Of a stretch of DNA of 64,000 nt, positions 50,357 through 63,099 are shown piece by piece. The translations under genes were made by a program, and so were the position numbers. The notes under the pieces are model-generated. The model saw only the letters and a program-made list of their open reading frames with translations, did no database searches and was not told the origin of the DNA. Each line of letters starts with the position of its first letter. Positions within the stretch are counted from its first letter, which is position 1. Source of the DNA: Laetmonice hystrix (lineage: Eukaryota). The DNA lies in NCBI GenBank assembly GCA_965235115.1, contig OZ249447.1, positions 9,610,001 to 9,674,000 of the forward strand. Reading direction: 5' to 3'.

Positions 50357-53300
50357 CCACGAGGGTTGTGAAGACACAGATTTCGTGGGGCAACATATAC
50401 AACTCCCGGAGAAAATAGATTACGGCCGTATTGGGCCAGAATCACAGTTGCCGCCACAACTCGCTGTAGGCGAGCACTGTGCGCGCACAATTAACGGAAC
50501 ATCCCCGAGGGAGAAGTCAGTGTCGGCTTGCATAGACTCTGCCTACATCAAGAGGTGCGCTCATCATGCTACGGTAGACACCACAGCCACAACCGAGGGG
50601 CATAAATCTATACCGACAGTCTTATCAGTACATGCTTGGATCGAGGTATATCTGTGAGACGGACCGTCATCGTACTATCTCACACATCACACTTGCTGGC
50701 CGCATTCCTCCTCAAATAACATGGTTTTCATCACTTGGAATTTCCAATCAGCAGAGTATTTTTCTGAAGGGAAGAACCCAAGGAATCCAATTTGGGATAA
50801 TTTCAGGCATGAACCACTGCTTTGGTTGGTTGGGCATGATGTATTTTAGCTCTCTGAATCAGAAAGAAAGGTGTACATTATCAGTTTAACAATTGGCAGT
50901 GAATGTGATTAGGTAAGCATAATTTTGACTAAACAGTGAGTTTCCAAGGTGCGATTCGTACCTATCTACATAGAGTATCCCATTACACTTGGACTAATAT
51001 TATCTTAATAGCCTACATTCTACCTTGTAATCGTACATTTTATGGAAGGTGTGCTGGTATTGGGTCTGTAGTTTATTTTGAAGTAAACGACGCCCTTAAC
51101 TTGGAGAGACTCGGATAGTGGCTGGGTTGGCCACAGGTGGTCCCTTTGATAGACCGCGGGTAAATCCCAACAAACTCCGATGATACCCGGAATCTGTGCC
51201 CGACCTGGAATCCTCACGATGTTTAGTCCTGGGTAGGGAAGCTCACGACCCCCGCCGGGTCGGTCTGAGGTAAAGGATGACTACCGCTGACAGTTCATGT
51301 CAGGGTAGTTGTTGTGTCTTCTCCGACATCAGGAGATTCCTTAATATCTGGTTATAACCTACACACACCACAAGGTCGAATACCATCGGCCGTAGAAACA
51401 AACTTTCATTCGCATTAACTATTCTAAAGGCCTATCGCAAAATGTAGTGGCCGACCTAGCTACACATGTATAGACCGTATCAGGATAATTCTACGCTGAG
51501 CCTATATCAAGAATCCATTCTACTATTCTTGCCTATAATGACGTAAACTATTATGACGTTATGAGTAGGCCCTACATAATACCATGACGTTAATCATCAT
51601 CCACCCTTAAATATAGACTGCCTGCATCAAACCATTACATATTACATCTTCCACATCAGCACGAACATGACATTAATTATAGTGATTTCATCATTCTTGC
51701 ACAAGAAACCTTTGCTGTCTCTTTCATCACTCAGAAATTCTAATAATCTTAAGGTTAATCCTAACGGTTTAACTTTTCTCTCGCACCGTATTTTACTCGG
51801 CAATCTCTGCCCGCAAGGCTGAAAACTTCCCCTCGGTTGTCATCATCACCGTCCGCCATGTATGAGCACGCGTACTTATAAACAACTCGGAGAAAGATGT
51901 CCTCCGGCTCTGTCCTCCAGTAACTAGCCATGTGAGATACAGATAGAGAGCGTGCCAGTGAAGTATATTGCTACAAGCATGGGAAGAAACCAGCGCCTTC
52001 CAGAGAGATTTGGCGGATGATCTAATTAACACCACCCAACTGATTCAGCTGCATAAAAATATAAATAAGAACGGAAGCCGTGGAGGTTTCCATGCGGAAG
52101 TAATGAGACGTGACGCTCAGGGTGATAAAAAAACAGAAATAGTGATCCTGCATCAGAAACCATCTCAGACCCACATCCGGGTCGTGAATGGACCGATGGG
52201 CAGGATTCTTTTGTCGTCTTTTATGGACGCCACCGTATCAATAGTAGACTTTCTGGTGACCCTGTGCGTGTGACACGGCCACTGTAGAAGCTCAGGATGG
52301 GGGCGTTGGTCCAAACATGCAGTGGCACGGATTCAGACCTCGCCACATTGTATACAACGGTCACTTGTATTGCATGAAGCCATTCCCTAGGATATCTATT
52401 GAATGCATTAGATGCCGCAGATAATGGCTTTCTTATGCGACACACATACACGTATTATATGAACAATGTATTTTTCTTTTTGGTAACGCCTGGAGCATGT
52501 GGCATGTAGGCACTCTGCACGGATGCCCTCACACATTTTAGTCAAGCTATAAAGCATGAGGAACATCTGCTGTGTACTTTTCTACGGTGCTTTTAAAGGT
52601 TCTTTTCTATGAAATATTGCCAGTTTCCTGTATACTTCAGCAAACTGAAGCATCAATTACTATCGGTGTGATTGCAGTTAGGAGGACAAAACTCCATTGT
52701 TATTGGAATATATATTAATGACATGTGTACATGTCAGTAATTGTCTTCCGATACAGAACCGACTGGACAGAACATTACATAACGACCTACATCTAACATA
52801 ATTAGAAGAGCCCCCAATTAGAGAACGGCATTTTTTCCGGAAATGTAGTTAAATCTCATCAAGTAAGAGAGTAAGCTCCCCCCAACTGTTATATCTGTGT
52901 TTGGCCTCAAGTATTACAACTGCCTGCAATGCGTTGAATGGAGATTTCCGTTTGGCATAGAACCAGATAAATCCAAGTTGGCAGAGTCTCAATGTTTGGG
53001 TACAATCAGCGAGCTTACGAGGTCAAATGAAATTACAATCCTAGGTCGGCAACGCCATGGCTTATGTTGGAATTATGGGCATTAAAGGTCGGGATAGTGG
53101 TTAATCCGGAAGCATTAAGGGGGAATTAGATGTGAAATAAAGTGATCCAAACGTAGGCAGGGCAGCCGTAATACCTGTGGGTTTGGGTGCGTGGATCCTT
53201 GATCTGTCTGTCGAGGTTTCCCCGCGGTCCAAGGTTCTTTACCCGGTTCGTCCCCTGCGGCGCCCTCAGTTTATTGGTGATTAGTGACGGCGGGCCGAGA

Positions 53301-55296
53301 ATTTGAAAGTTCACCAAGTGTGCATGATGAAGGATGCACCATGTAATGAGGTAGTTACGGAGTTAAGGCTGGTAAACTATAACAATGGAACAGCAACCCA
53401 TTGTAACAACGCTTTGTATTAGACCAGGATTATTTTGAAGTATTGGATCAGCGTCCTTATTTCATTTATTAATTTGTCTTTAGATTTATTTAAATGAGTG
53501 ATTAATACCATGCTTGGGATTCTATGGCAGGAGTCTGGGAGCCAAGTTACGATTAATTTCGGGACAGTGCCACTCATTTTCGGGTCCGGCGAACAAAATA
53601 ACATTCCGGCATCATCAGTCAACGCGGAAATTTATGACACTGTCTTTCGTGTGACATTATTTTCAAGCTTACCCTTTCCCCACTCACATGAAAAGGAATT
53701 AATCCTCAGTTTGAGAGGGGGTTATTGGCTTTTTGTGACACATACCCCAGCTGACACAGAATCCGTTATATTACAGAGAGGAAGTTCCCAATATTAACAC
53801 ATGTCAATTATTGTCTGCTGAAGATCCAGAGTGCGGTGTATATGAGTCTGGAAGCGGACGATCACGTCTTATCTCCGTACCTGCAGTAGAGAAATGACTG
53901 GATGAATTCTCCAGGAGGAGCGAACGATAACGATCCGTCTTTCTAAGAGCACTTATCTCTAATTAAACAAATGATACTTTGGGCGTCTTCACGCCCTTCT
54001 TAAGCTAGTGATGAGCTGGCGTGATGCAGGGCTCTTGGCGCGATCGGCTGATTCCCCGTTTTTTAGCCATTAGTATCACGAAACAATGCATTATTGCCTA
54101 TTAATCTCTTCCCACCTCCGCCCAAGAGTGTAAATAAAAAGGATGATAAATAATGAACGGCAGAGGTGTTTCTCCCCCCACCCCAAGTGACGTATTTCCG
54201 TTTAATTGGAAGTGAGTGAACGCCTTAGACGGTTACGGTAACTAGCTCAGGTCTAAATAATTCTCCTCCAGTCCAAACGTGGCTGGGTTCTTACAGCAGA
54301 CAGCAAGCAGAGGTGATCAACCAGCGGAACTGTTACCCAGGCAACGTAACCCAGACAAGCGGGTTTTTTGATGCGGCATGGACGCCACCTGAGGTCTGTT
54401 TCCCTGGATAAAAGAGCTGAGTGGTTGTTTGTCCAGGAATTTGTGCACATGAACGGGCCACAGCACGCGCGGACATCATGGATGATGGTTGAACGACTTG
54501 TTCTGTGGATCACATAGGGATTGTCTGTTTAACCGCGCCTGTAAGCTGAAAGCTTGGTGCTGATGGGAATACTTGCCCCAACACCTGTTGGGCTCATCCT
54601 GTCTAATATGGCATGTAATTGGACGAGCCGATCATCCGTGATTAGCCAAGCACCGGCGGAGAGCTGAGACCATCAAGTGGGGAACTGTGTTTCAAGTAAG
54701 TGGTTGGCGGTGTGTACCACAGAACCAACCTTTAAGGATCCACATAGCCTGGTGTTAGGGACTAAAGCTGGAGTGGCACAAATCGTTGTAATCCTCACCA
54801 CCACCGTCATGATCGGAGCTGATCGCTGCACCAGCTGCCACCTTAATTAACGCGTCTCTCCTCTCTCTCTGGTCGGTCGTTACACCTGAGCGTTCGTTAT
54901 CGGTCTCCCCTGGTTCTATCTCCTGTCACGTTCAGCCAATCACCGGGTGTATAACAATAATTACATTAATCATGTTCCCGGGCCGTGAAAGGGCGACAAG
55001 ACGTAAAGACGTCTTTACAAGGAAGCCCATCACGTGTCACGTGATCCGAATTCAAACAGACCGAGATGAAGCGGGTACTGACACCGACAGGCCAAACATA
55101 CCAACACAGACGACAACTCACCATAATCATCTCCAGCCATTTAATCAGGACTCTCTTACAACCACGCGAGACGCAATCACTGGGTCCTCCTGCCGTGTAC
55201 TCGGCAGACATGTTTGTTATTAATCCGGGCCGAGGGCTGGCTCTGTACTCCGCCCGTCTGGATGGAGTTGATCCAGGTGACAGTTAAATGGTGGTC

Positions 55297-56100
55297 GGAC
55301 GGCTGATTCAACGGACTGCAGGACCACTTGTGATTGGCTGATCCAGCGGACTCTGGACCGTGATTGGATAGTTGGACCGTGATTGGATGGCTGATCCAGC
55401 GGACTCTGGACCGTGATTGGATAGCTGATCCAGCGGACTCTGGACCGTGATTGGATGGCTGATCCAGCGGACTCCTGGACCGTGATTGGATGGCTGATCC
55501 AGCGGACTGCTGGACCGTGATTGGTTGGCTGATCTAGCGGACTCCTGGACCGTGATTGGCTGGCTGATCCAGCGGACTACTGGACCGTGATTGGATGGCT
55601 GATCTAGCGGACTACTGGACCATGATTGGATGGCTGATCTAGCGGACTCTGGACCGTGATTGGATGGCTGATCCAGCTGACTGCTGGACCGTGATTGGAT
55701 GGCTGATCCAGCGGACTCCTGGACCGTGATTGGATGGCTGATCCAGCGGGCTGCTGGACCGTGATTGGATAGCTGATCCAGCGGACTCTGGACCGTGATT
55801 GGATGGCTGATCCAGCGGACTCCTGGACCGTGATTGGATGGCTGATCCAGCGGACTGCTGGACCGTGATTGGATGGCTGATCCAGCGGACTCCTGGACCG
55901 TGATTGGATAGCTGATCCAGCGGACTCTGGACCGTGATTGGATAGCTGATCCAGCGGACTCTGGACCGTGATTGGATGGCTGATCCAGCGGACTCCTGGA
56001 CCGTGATTGGATGGCTGATCCAGCAGACTGCTGGACCGTGATTGGATGGCTGATCCAGCGGACTACTGGACCGCGTGTGGATGGCTGATCCAGCGGACTC
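55297..56100. repeat. 34-35-bp minisatellite with an inverted CCAAT box in each unit (22 GATTGG)
   Basis: ctggaccgtgattggatggctgatccagcggact(c/cc/gc/ac) repeats. Confidence 0.98.
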
Positions 56101-56742
56101 GGCCCGCTACGACTCCACGGAGATCGAGATAAATGTAGACCTGTCAGGAAACTTTAATTGGGGCCGCTTTCTAGCATTGCTAATTCATGAAGACATTATC
56201 ACTTCACCAGCAGTAGCTTTTGTTCAAGTATTAGTTTTGTGTGATTAAAATGTCTTAAAGACGACCTCCATAAATTAGACAACGGCTTTTCCTCGCCGAT
56301 TTGATGATAATTATGTTGTCAATACGAACTTCAAAATCTGATTGCGTGGGGCCGTATCTCTGTAATGGGACTTGAGGTGTCCTCCAAGAGAAGATCAGAT
56401 CTAGTAAAGGCACATGAAGATATCAAGTATGCCCACTTAGCGCGCACTCCGGCCGGTGGAAGTTCTTCACCCTCGGCCGCTCTGATCCAGGTATGTTGTC
56501 GTCGTGTGGGTCCCATCCAGGCTGGGCGCGGCGGAATCCACCTGCTGGCTCCACCTGGTAGTCAAGCTCCCAACTACCCTGTCTCGGCTTGTAGTGCCAC
56601 AGGTTGCAGCGCCCGTGTTAGTGGGCATGGTACCTTTCCAGTGTCGGAGATATGGATAGTCTGCAATCGGCTACATGCGCCACTGTGGAGGCAGACAGGC
56701 CATTGGTTGTTTTTGCTGCTGCTGTTGCTGCATGCACCTCTA

Positions 56743-56817
56743 CTGCCCCCTGGGGGAGCGCTCGGGGTTGGCGGCGGACAAAACGCGTAACCTGTTAGAC
56801 GCCCGCTAGGTGGCGCT
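56743..56817. promoter_or_regulatory. Divergent pair of CTCF-like motifs
   Basis: Minus strand CCCCCAGGGGGCAG (56743-56756) and plus strand CCGCTAGGTGGCGC (56803-56816), each within one position of CCASYAGRKGGCRS. Confidence 0.4.
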
Positions 56818-59800
56818 GTTCCCCTGGTGCCCGGCCAGGCAGGTTTTTGCAGACATCGGTCGTGGAGATAAGCCCAGATATACCAACCAGTGCGGTGCGG
56901 TGCCATCAGTGTACCAACTCCTGTCTGACCTCACCAGACTGTGTGCAGGATACGGTCACATAGCACATTTAGTGGTTGGAAACAACGCGGAAATACGACG
57001 ATGTGAACGTGTGTCTTAGTCACTACAACAGGTTCGTCTTCTTATTCTGATTGCAAATCGCTCAGGTAGAAAGAAGTCAAAGGTAGCAAAGCTCGGGTGA
57101 TGCGGGAGGAATAAGTGTTGGTTCTTATGCTGAAAGTTTTGATAAAGTTAATTGTTTGCCGACTTTTTCCAACGCCGCCGATATCCAGAGTAGGGGCAGC
57201 TGTATGATACATCTGTTTGCTGTCGTTGTTTAGGCTGAGCGTCAGTGTAAAGGGAACCAGATAATGTAACGAATTCCACCAAGTTAACGGGTACAATTAC
57301 TCCGACAACAACATGGGCTTCATTGTTCTCTCTGGCCCCAGGCAGGACAATGGGAATCCTTTATTTTTCGACTTATCTCCTAATACTTCATGTCGTGTAT
57401 CACAGTAAATATCACTTTTTACCATCTCACATATATACAAAGCCCATATGTAAACATTGAAAAAAGGTTTTCCTCGTTTCCTTTTGCAAGCCTATCTTTT
57501 GCAAGCCTATCTTTTGCAAGCCTGTCGATACTATGGATAGAAATGTAATCAGATCAGGTTTGTGTATTGTGATCCGTGTAAGATTATATCATATACATGC
57601 ACATAGACATAGGATCGTAAAGTCACGAACTTATTGAAGGTTCGCCCTAATTCCCAGACAATGACAGTTGAGCCGGGCCACTATTGCGCGCCCTGCCGTC
57701 CGCCACACAAACACATCCACAGGCACAAGTCGATCCTTCTCGGAACACACAAGTTCTATCATTGTTAGGGTTGGGGAGGGCAGGCAGGGCAGCGTCCCTA
57801 AACGGGTTTGGAGGTTGCTCCCGGAATAATGGGGCGTCTCGTTAGGACCAGTAATGCAGCACCTGGGGCGTTCTGTGGACGGGTGTGTAACTCCAGCAGT
57901 GTGGTTGGTGAAGTAGACTTGGAGTAAGTTGTTGGCAGTCTGCGTACATCTGGCTGCCATCTTACCGTGGAGAACGGGTGGGGTGGTGGGGTGGTGGGCT
58001 CATGTTTACTTACACACGGGCGTACCAATCACATGACTCGGGTTAGGGATAGAGGACCACATGGGTGGACGGAGTGTGGATTCAGTTGTCTCTTCACCTT
58101 CACACGGCGCATTCAGAGTCCAAAGACATGTTCTCCGATAGTGGTGGGTGACGTGGGATGCTGCTCGAGGTTGGGATGGACTCAAGATGGTCTCTAATCG
58201 CATCCATGTCAGTGGTAGGATACTGTGAGCACGCTACATGTTTTATTGGTTACCATGATGATAACAACAACAATGGGGGATGCTGATGATGAAAAACACG
58301 CGTTGGAATGTAGATGTATTGAAACTTGCCAGGTCAAAGGTAGCATTGTAATTTGGTAGACCCGATATAGTATCCGCAGATGGTTACAGAGACCAGAGGG
58401 TTATAGTTGTTGGCCGTGTCAGAGATCATGACAATAGGGGTACTGCTACTTTACAATCTGTGTGGCTATTAACGGTGTGAACACAATGCCTGGAGAGTAC
58501 CTATACACACTGGTTACATAATCTGGCATAATATACCTTGTACTCTCTAAACAGTTTCACTCTGGTGGTTTCAAAACACATGCGAGTTAAGATATAAATA
58601 CATTTCCACCTGGATACTCGCTCTTCACACTCACTCGCCAGTTGATGTGGAGACTGCTGGCCCAGATTAAAGAGGGGCTAGTATTAAGTCAGAACAGTTA
58701 TCCTGATAAACGATTGAATTACGATATTTTTCTGTTTTACCTGTCACTATTCAGCCCCCCACCCCCTCAATGAGATCTGTTTTATCTGTATTAACTGAAT
58801 AACTGGGCCGCAATCAGAGCATAGGTGACATTCACGACAATATGCCACCTGCAGTATAACTTAAAAACAACTACGCGGCAAAAAGAAACTCTTTGTTCGT
58901 TTCACAAGCTCAGACTAAATAAATACAACTTCCCACTGAACTATTTACGTCCCTATTCTCCACGAAATCAATCTTTCTTAGCGCTGAACGGCCGTGACTC
59001 ATTTTATGGTTCTGGACTTTTATCAGACGTTGACGCAGTTCCGTTCATGATCAACATTTTCACGCGAAATCTTCTGATAAGAAGATCTGACCCGACATGC
59101 TCTTCTGCTTTCAGATGCTACCATGTGTGACGGAGCTGCACATCTGACCTGGGAGGGAAGTATCGCCCGACACTCTACTAACGGGGCCGGGTTCCTCTGC
59201 TGAAACTCAACCAAAACAAACTGGAGAACTCCTTGATGAACTGACCCTCTCACCATGCCAGGCCATTAGCGACCAAGTGGTCAGCCGACACTGCCCTAGT
59301 AGCCGCTCGATGATTGGCCGCGTTCTAGTTGAGTGACTCGGGTCATCGTCTGCCCACCTGCCACGGGCCTCCACAACACTGTCACCCGGGCGTTCGGATG
59401 CCGTCACACGCTTGGACACGGAACTAGGGAAACACGTCATCCCCCTCCTCTTCTACACTAACCCTAAACACGTCGCTCCAACACCCAGCGACCTAACAAA
59501 CCTCACTACGGCTAGCCCCGTTACCTCACACCCACAACGTTCAGTATATACCATGGTCATATGAGCACATTGAAACAAAGGGCTTCCAGACGTCATCATC
59601 ACCCCATGATCACCACCCCTCGACCACCACTATCTCAGGCACATCCACTTGTCATCGGGGCTAGCTTTTCTACATGTAGGATTCCCGACAAATACGTGAG
59701 ATTTATTCTATAGTCGCCGTGTGTCAGACTGGACGTTAAGACTTTCCTACAGTTGAACAGCTGTGTCACCCACTACAGTCGGTCTTGTCTCAGTTGACTT

Positions 59801-60586
59801 TTCTTTTCTGATCCCTGCGAACGACTGAGGGAGAATAACCCGTAACTGACGCCTGTATATTGGATGAGAGACTTGGGCTGCTGTTAGACTGGATGTATAC
59901 GATCATAATGGAATCTTACGAGCTATCGTCCCTCAGTAACAAAGGAACGCTGGTCTACCTGCTGGTGTGTCTGGTCGGCTTCCACGTCCACAGAACAGGT
60001 GAGTCGATGGCTTTTTATCTTATTTCACACCAAATAAACGATTCAGAGTAATTATACTGGGGTTAATGTCCAATGGAATGTTTATTATAACTTCGCGATC
60101 TTTTGTGAGAAATTAGGTTATTGCCATTCCGTGATGTTGAAGATGTCACTGAAATGTTTTTACTGTGGAACAATATACGGCCGCTTTGATAGAGTCGTCA
60201 ATTGTTAACGCCGGCTGAATCAGTGACTGCGAATAGATATGATTCTGTAACATTACCCTTGGAAACATCAAATACACTTACAGGATAACAAACAGGCATT
60301 GATGATAACTGTAGGCTCGTGTTACACAGATAACACGTCTAGGGCATCACATTCCTCTCATTGGTGGTCTATGTGGGACTGATTGTACGCTTGCACATAT
60401 TACATACATAATAATTATTGCCACTCAAAACGATTGTATACATTACGTTATGGTGTAGATGCCCCACCGTTAGTTCGGTGAAACCAAGGGCTGGAGAAGA
60501 AACATGAGGGGAGTGATTTATAGCAGGAATTATAGAGAAAAAAATTTACATTGCTACTAGAAGGTCGCCTACTTCCACTTGAGAGA

Positions 60587-61632
60587 CCCTTTGTATGGGC
60601 CTTTTGGGTGCCTATTGTCGTACTTACCTTGGTATGGGCCTATTGGGTGCCTATTGTCGTACTTACCTTTGTATGGACCTATTGGGTGCCTATTGTCGTA
60701 CTTACCTTTGTATGGGCCTATTGGGTGCCTATTGTCGTACTTACCTTTGTATGGACCTATTGGGTGCCTATTGTCGTACTTAGCTTTGTATGGGCCTATT
60801 GGGTGCCTGTTGTCGTACTTACCTTTGTATGGGCCTATTGGGTGCCTTATGTACTTACCTTTATATGGACCTATTGGGTGCCTATTGTCGTACTTACCTT
60901 TGTATGGGCCTTTTGGGTGCCTATTGTCGTACTTACCTTTGTATGGACCTATTGGGTGCCTATTGTCGTACTTACCTTTGTATGGGCCTATTGGGTGCCT
61001 TATGTACTTACCTTTGTATGGACCTATTGGGTGCCTATTGTACTTACCTTTGTATGGACCTATCGGGTGCCTATTGTACTTACCTTTGTATGGACCTATC
61101 GGGTGCCTATTGTACTTACCTTTGTATGGACCTATCGGGTGCCTATTGTACTTACCTTTGTATGGGCCTATTGGGTGCCTATTGTCGTACTTACCTTTGT
61201 ATGGACCTATCGGGTGCCTATTGTACTTACCTTTGTATGGGCCTATTGGGTGCCTATTGTCGTACTTACCTTTGTATGGACCTATCGGGTGCCTATTGTA
61301 CTTACCTTTGTATGGACCTATTGGGTGCCTATTGTACTTACCTTTGTATGGACCTATTGGGTGCCTATTGTACTTACCTTTGTATGGACCTATTGGGTGC
61401 CTATTGTACTTACCTTTGTATGGACCTATTGGGTGCCTATTGTCGTACTTACCTTTGTATGGACCTATTGGGTGCCTATTGTACTTATCTTTGTATGGGC
61501 CTATTGGGTGCCTAATGTACTTACCTTTGTATGGGCCTATTGGGTGCCTAATGTACTTGACTTTGTATGGGCCTATTGGGTGCCTAATGTACTTACCTTT
61601 GTATGGACCTATCGGGTGCCTATTGTACTTAC
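60587..61632. repeat. 36/39-bp minisatellite, 28 copies, stop-free in three frames
   Basis: tattgggtgcctatt(gtc)gtacttacctttgtatgg(g/a)cc repeats; ORFs 60551..61645(+), 60579..61667(+) and 60569..61654(-) span it. Confidence 0.98.
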
Positions 61633-61904
61633 ATTGCCCACCTAAAACCCCCAAGACCCGCCGATGAAGACGGAGGTGACCCGGTTTACGGGAAAGCTTG
61701 CGGTAGCGGTTACATCATGGCAGTAATCCACCGGTAATTGGTAGCGGAACAAATTACATCTTAATGAGAATTGACGTTGTCCTGCGAATTGGCGCGTCGC
61801 AAACAACAAGAGGCGGTAATTAATTTGGTGACTTTGGGTTTGGTTTCATTGTGGTGGATGGATCCGATCTCTCGGCGTTTTGTTTTATTTCACTCGGGGG
61901 CTGA

Positions 61905-62047
61905 GGGTCCGGGGGTCGGGGTCCGGGGGCCGGGGTCCGGGGGGCCGGGGTCCGGGGTCCGGGGGGCCGGGGGGCCGGGGGCCGGGGGCCGGGGGCCGGG
62001 GGCCGGGGGCCGGGGGGGCCGGGGGGCCGGGGGCCGGGGTCGGGGGC
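61905..62047 (+). repeat. (GGGGGCC/GGGGTCC)n heptamer repeat, strong G-quadruplex potential
   Basis: ggggtccgggggccggggtcc...gggggccgggggcc runs. Confidence 0.92.
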
Positions 62048-62269
62048 TGGCATTAGGGTTACGGGCCCATACCCTGTATAATATTATAGGTTGTAGGTTC
62101 CGGGTTCAACCTCGAGATACAGTACTTTCATTGTGCACACGACCCCTATTGTATGAATCGGGGGAAAAGTGAGTATGTATTAGTGAATATCATGAAGACA
62201 CGGCTGGTAATACGGTCGACTTGCCCTCCGGCGGTCGGACATCTGACTCGATCAATAACTCTCAGAGTT

Positions 62270-62600
62270 AAATAACCAGGTATTCACTCTCTAAGATCAG
62301 CCGAGGTGAAAGTTCTAGTCTACAAGTCAGTTTGTTTCATACACAGTGCTGTTCTTGTTCCGACGTGGTATCGAACTGTTCATTAGTAGTTAGGAGACCC
62401 ACACGAGACGTACACCAGACAACATGTTCCAGTCGAAGGCAGACCATGGCCAGAGTCGCGTGCTGCACGATTATCATATCAAATGGCACTTACAGTTAAA
62501 GATTTTTTTAATCAATTGATGCAGTCGCAGCAACAATCAGTTAATCTGGTGTGGTAGGATCTTTTAATGAGAACTACCAAACACGAACTGGTGTGGATAA
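62270..62600 (+). mobile_element. RTE-like LINE post-RT remnant
   Basis: KVLVYKSV....VLVPTW (cf. K...Y.S.V...LLY..ETW), followed by LVW...MR (cf. L.W.GH..RM). Confidence 0.35.
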
Positions 62601-63099
62601 CTCGGCCTACTTACTGAGCCAAGTGAATGACTCGGGGTCGTTCTTCCTTCTCAAACCCACTGGACCATGTACACCTGCTGTGTCAAACAGCTAACTATTG
62701 CACTGCCATGTATACCGCCGGCAAACTATATTATAACTCGTATATCAATAAGTACACACCATTCCTTTAGATCTTTAAAGTAATTCAGTTTTCGAAAAGA
62801 ATATGTAAGATTCTATTCATGTGGTGAATCATCTCACTTGGCTTTTCTTATAAAAAAGAAATCCTTTCACAGGTGTAAGTTAACGACAGGAAACCCCATG
62901 GCGATCACCACTACTATACAAGTGACTCTGTTTCGGACTGAATGGGAAGGCAAAAATATTCGTTCCAACCAAAGCCAGCAGGGCACGACTTTAATGTAGG
63001 TCAGTCCTAAAGGCACCACGCAGTGATTTGGATCACGAGGACTTGTTTTCTATGAATAAAACATTGGACAGTGACAATAGTTGGAGCTCAAACGTTGGC

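Noticed and set aside
54332-54345. RFX X-box-like GTTACCCAGGCAAC
   Set aside because: Single motif with no associated promoter or exon evidence.
56331-57020. GC-rich ORF cluster (110-141 aa) as a gene or gag-protease
   Set aside because: Overlapping frames on both strands with no convincing CCHC or D(T/S)G motif.
11769-61632. Tandem arrays as CRISPR arrays
   Set aside because: Units are contiguous near-identical copies with no unique spacers, there are no cas-like ORFs, and the context is eukaryotic.
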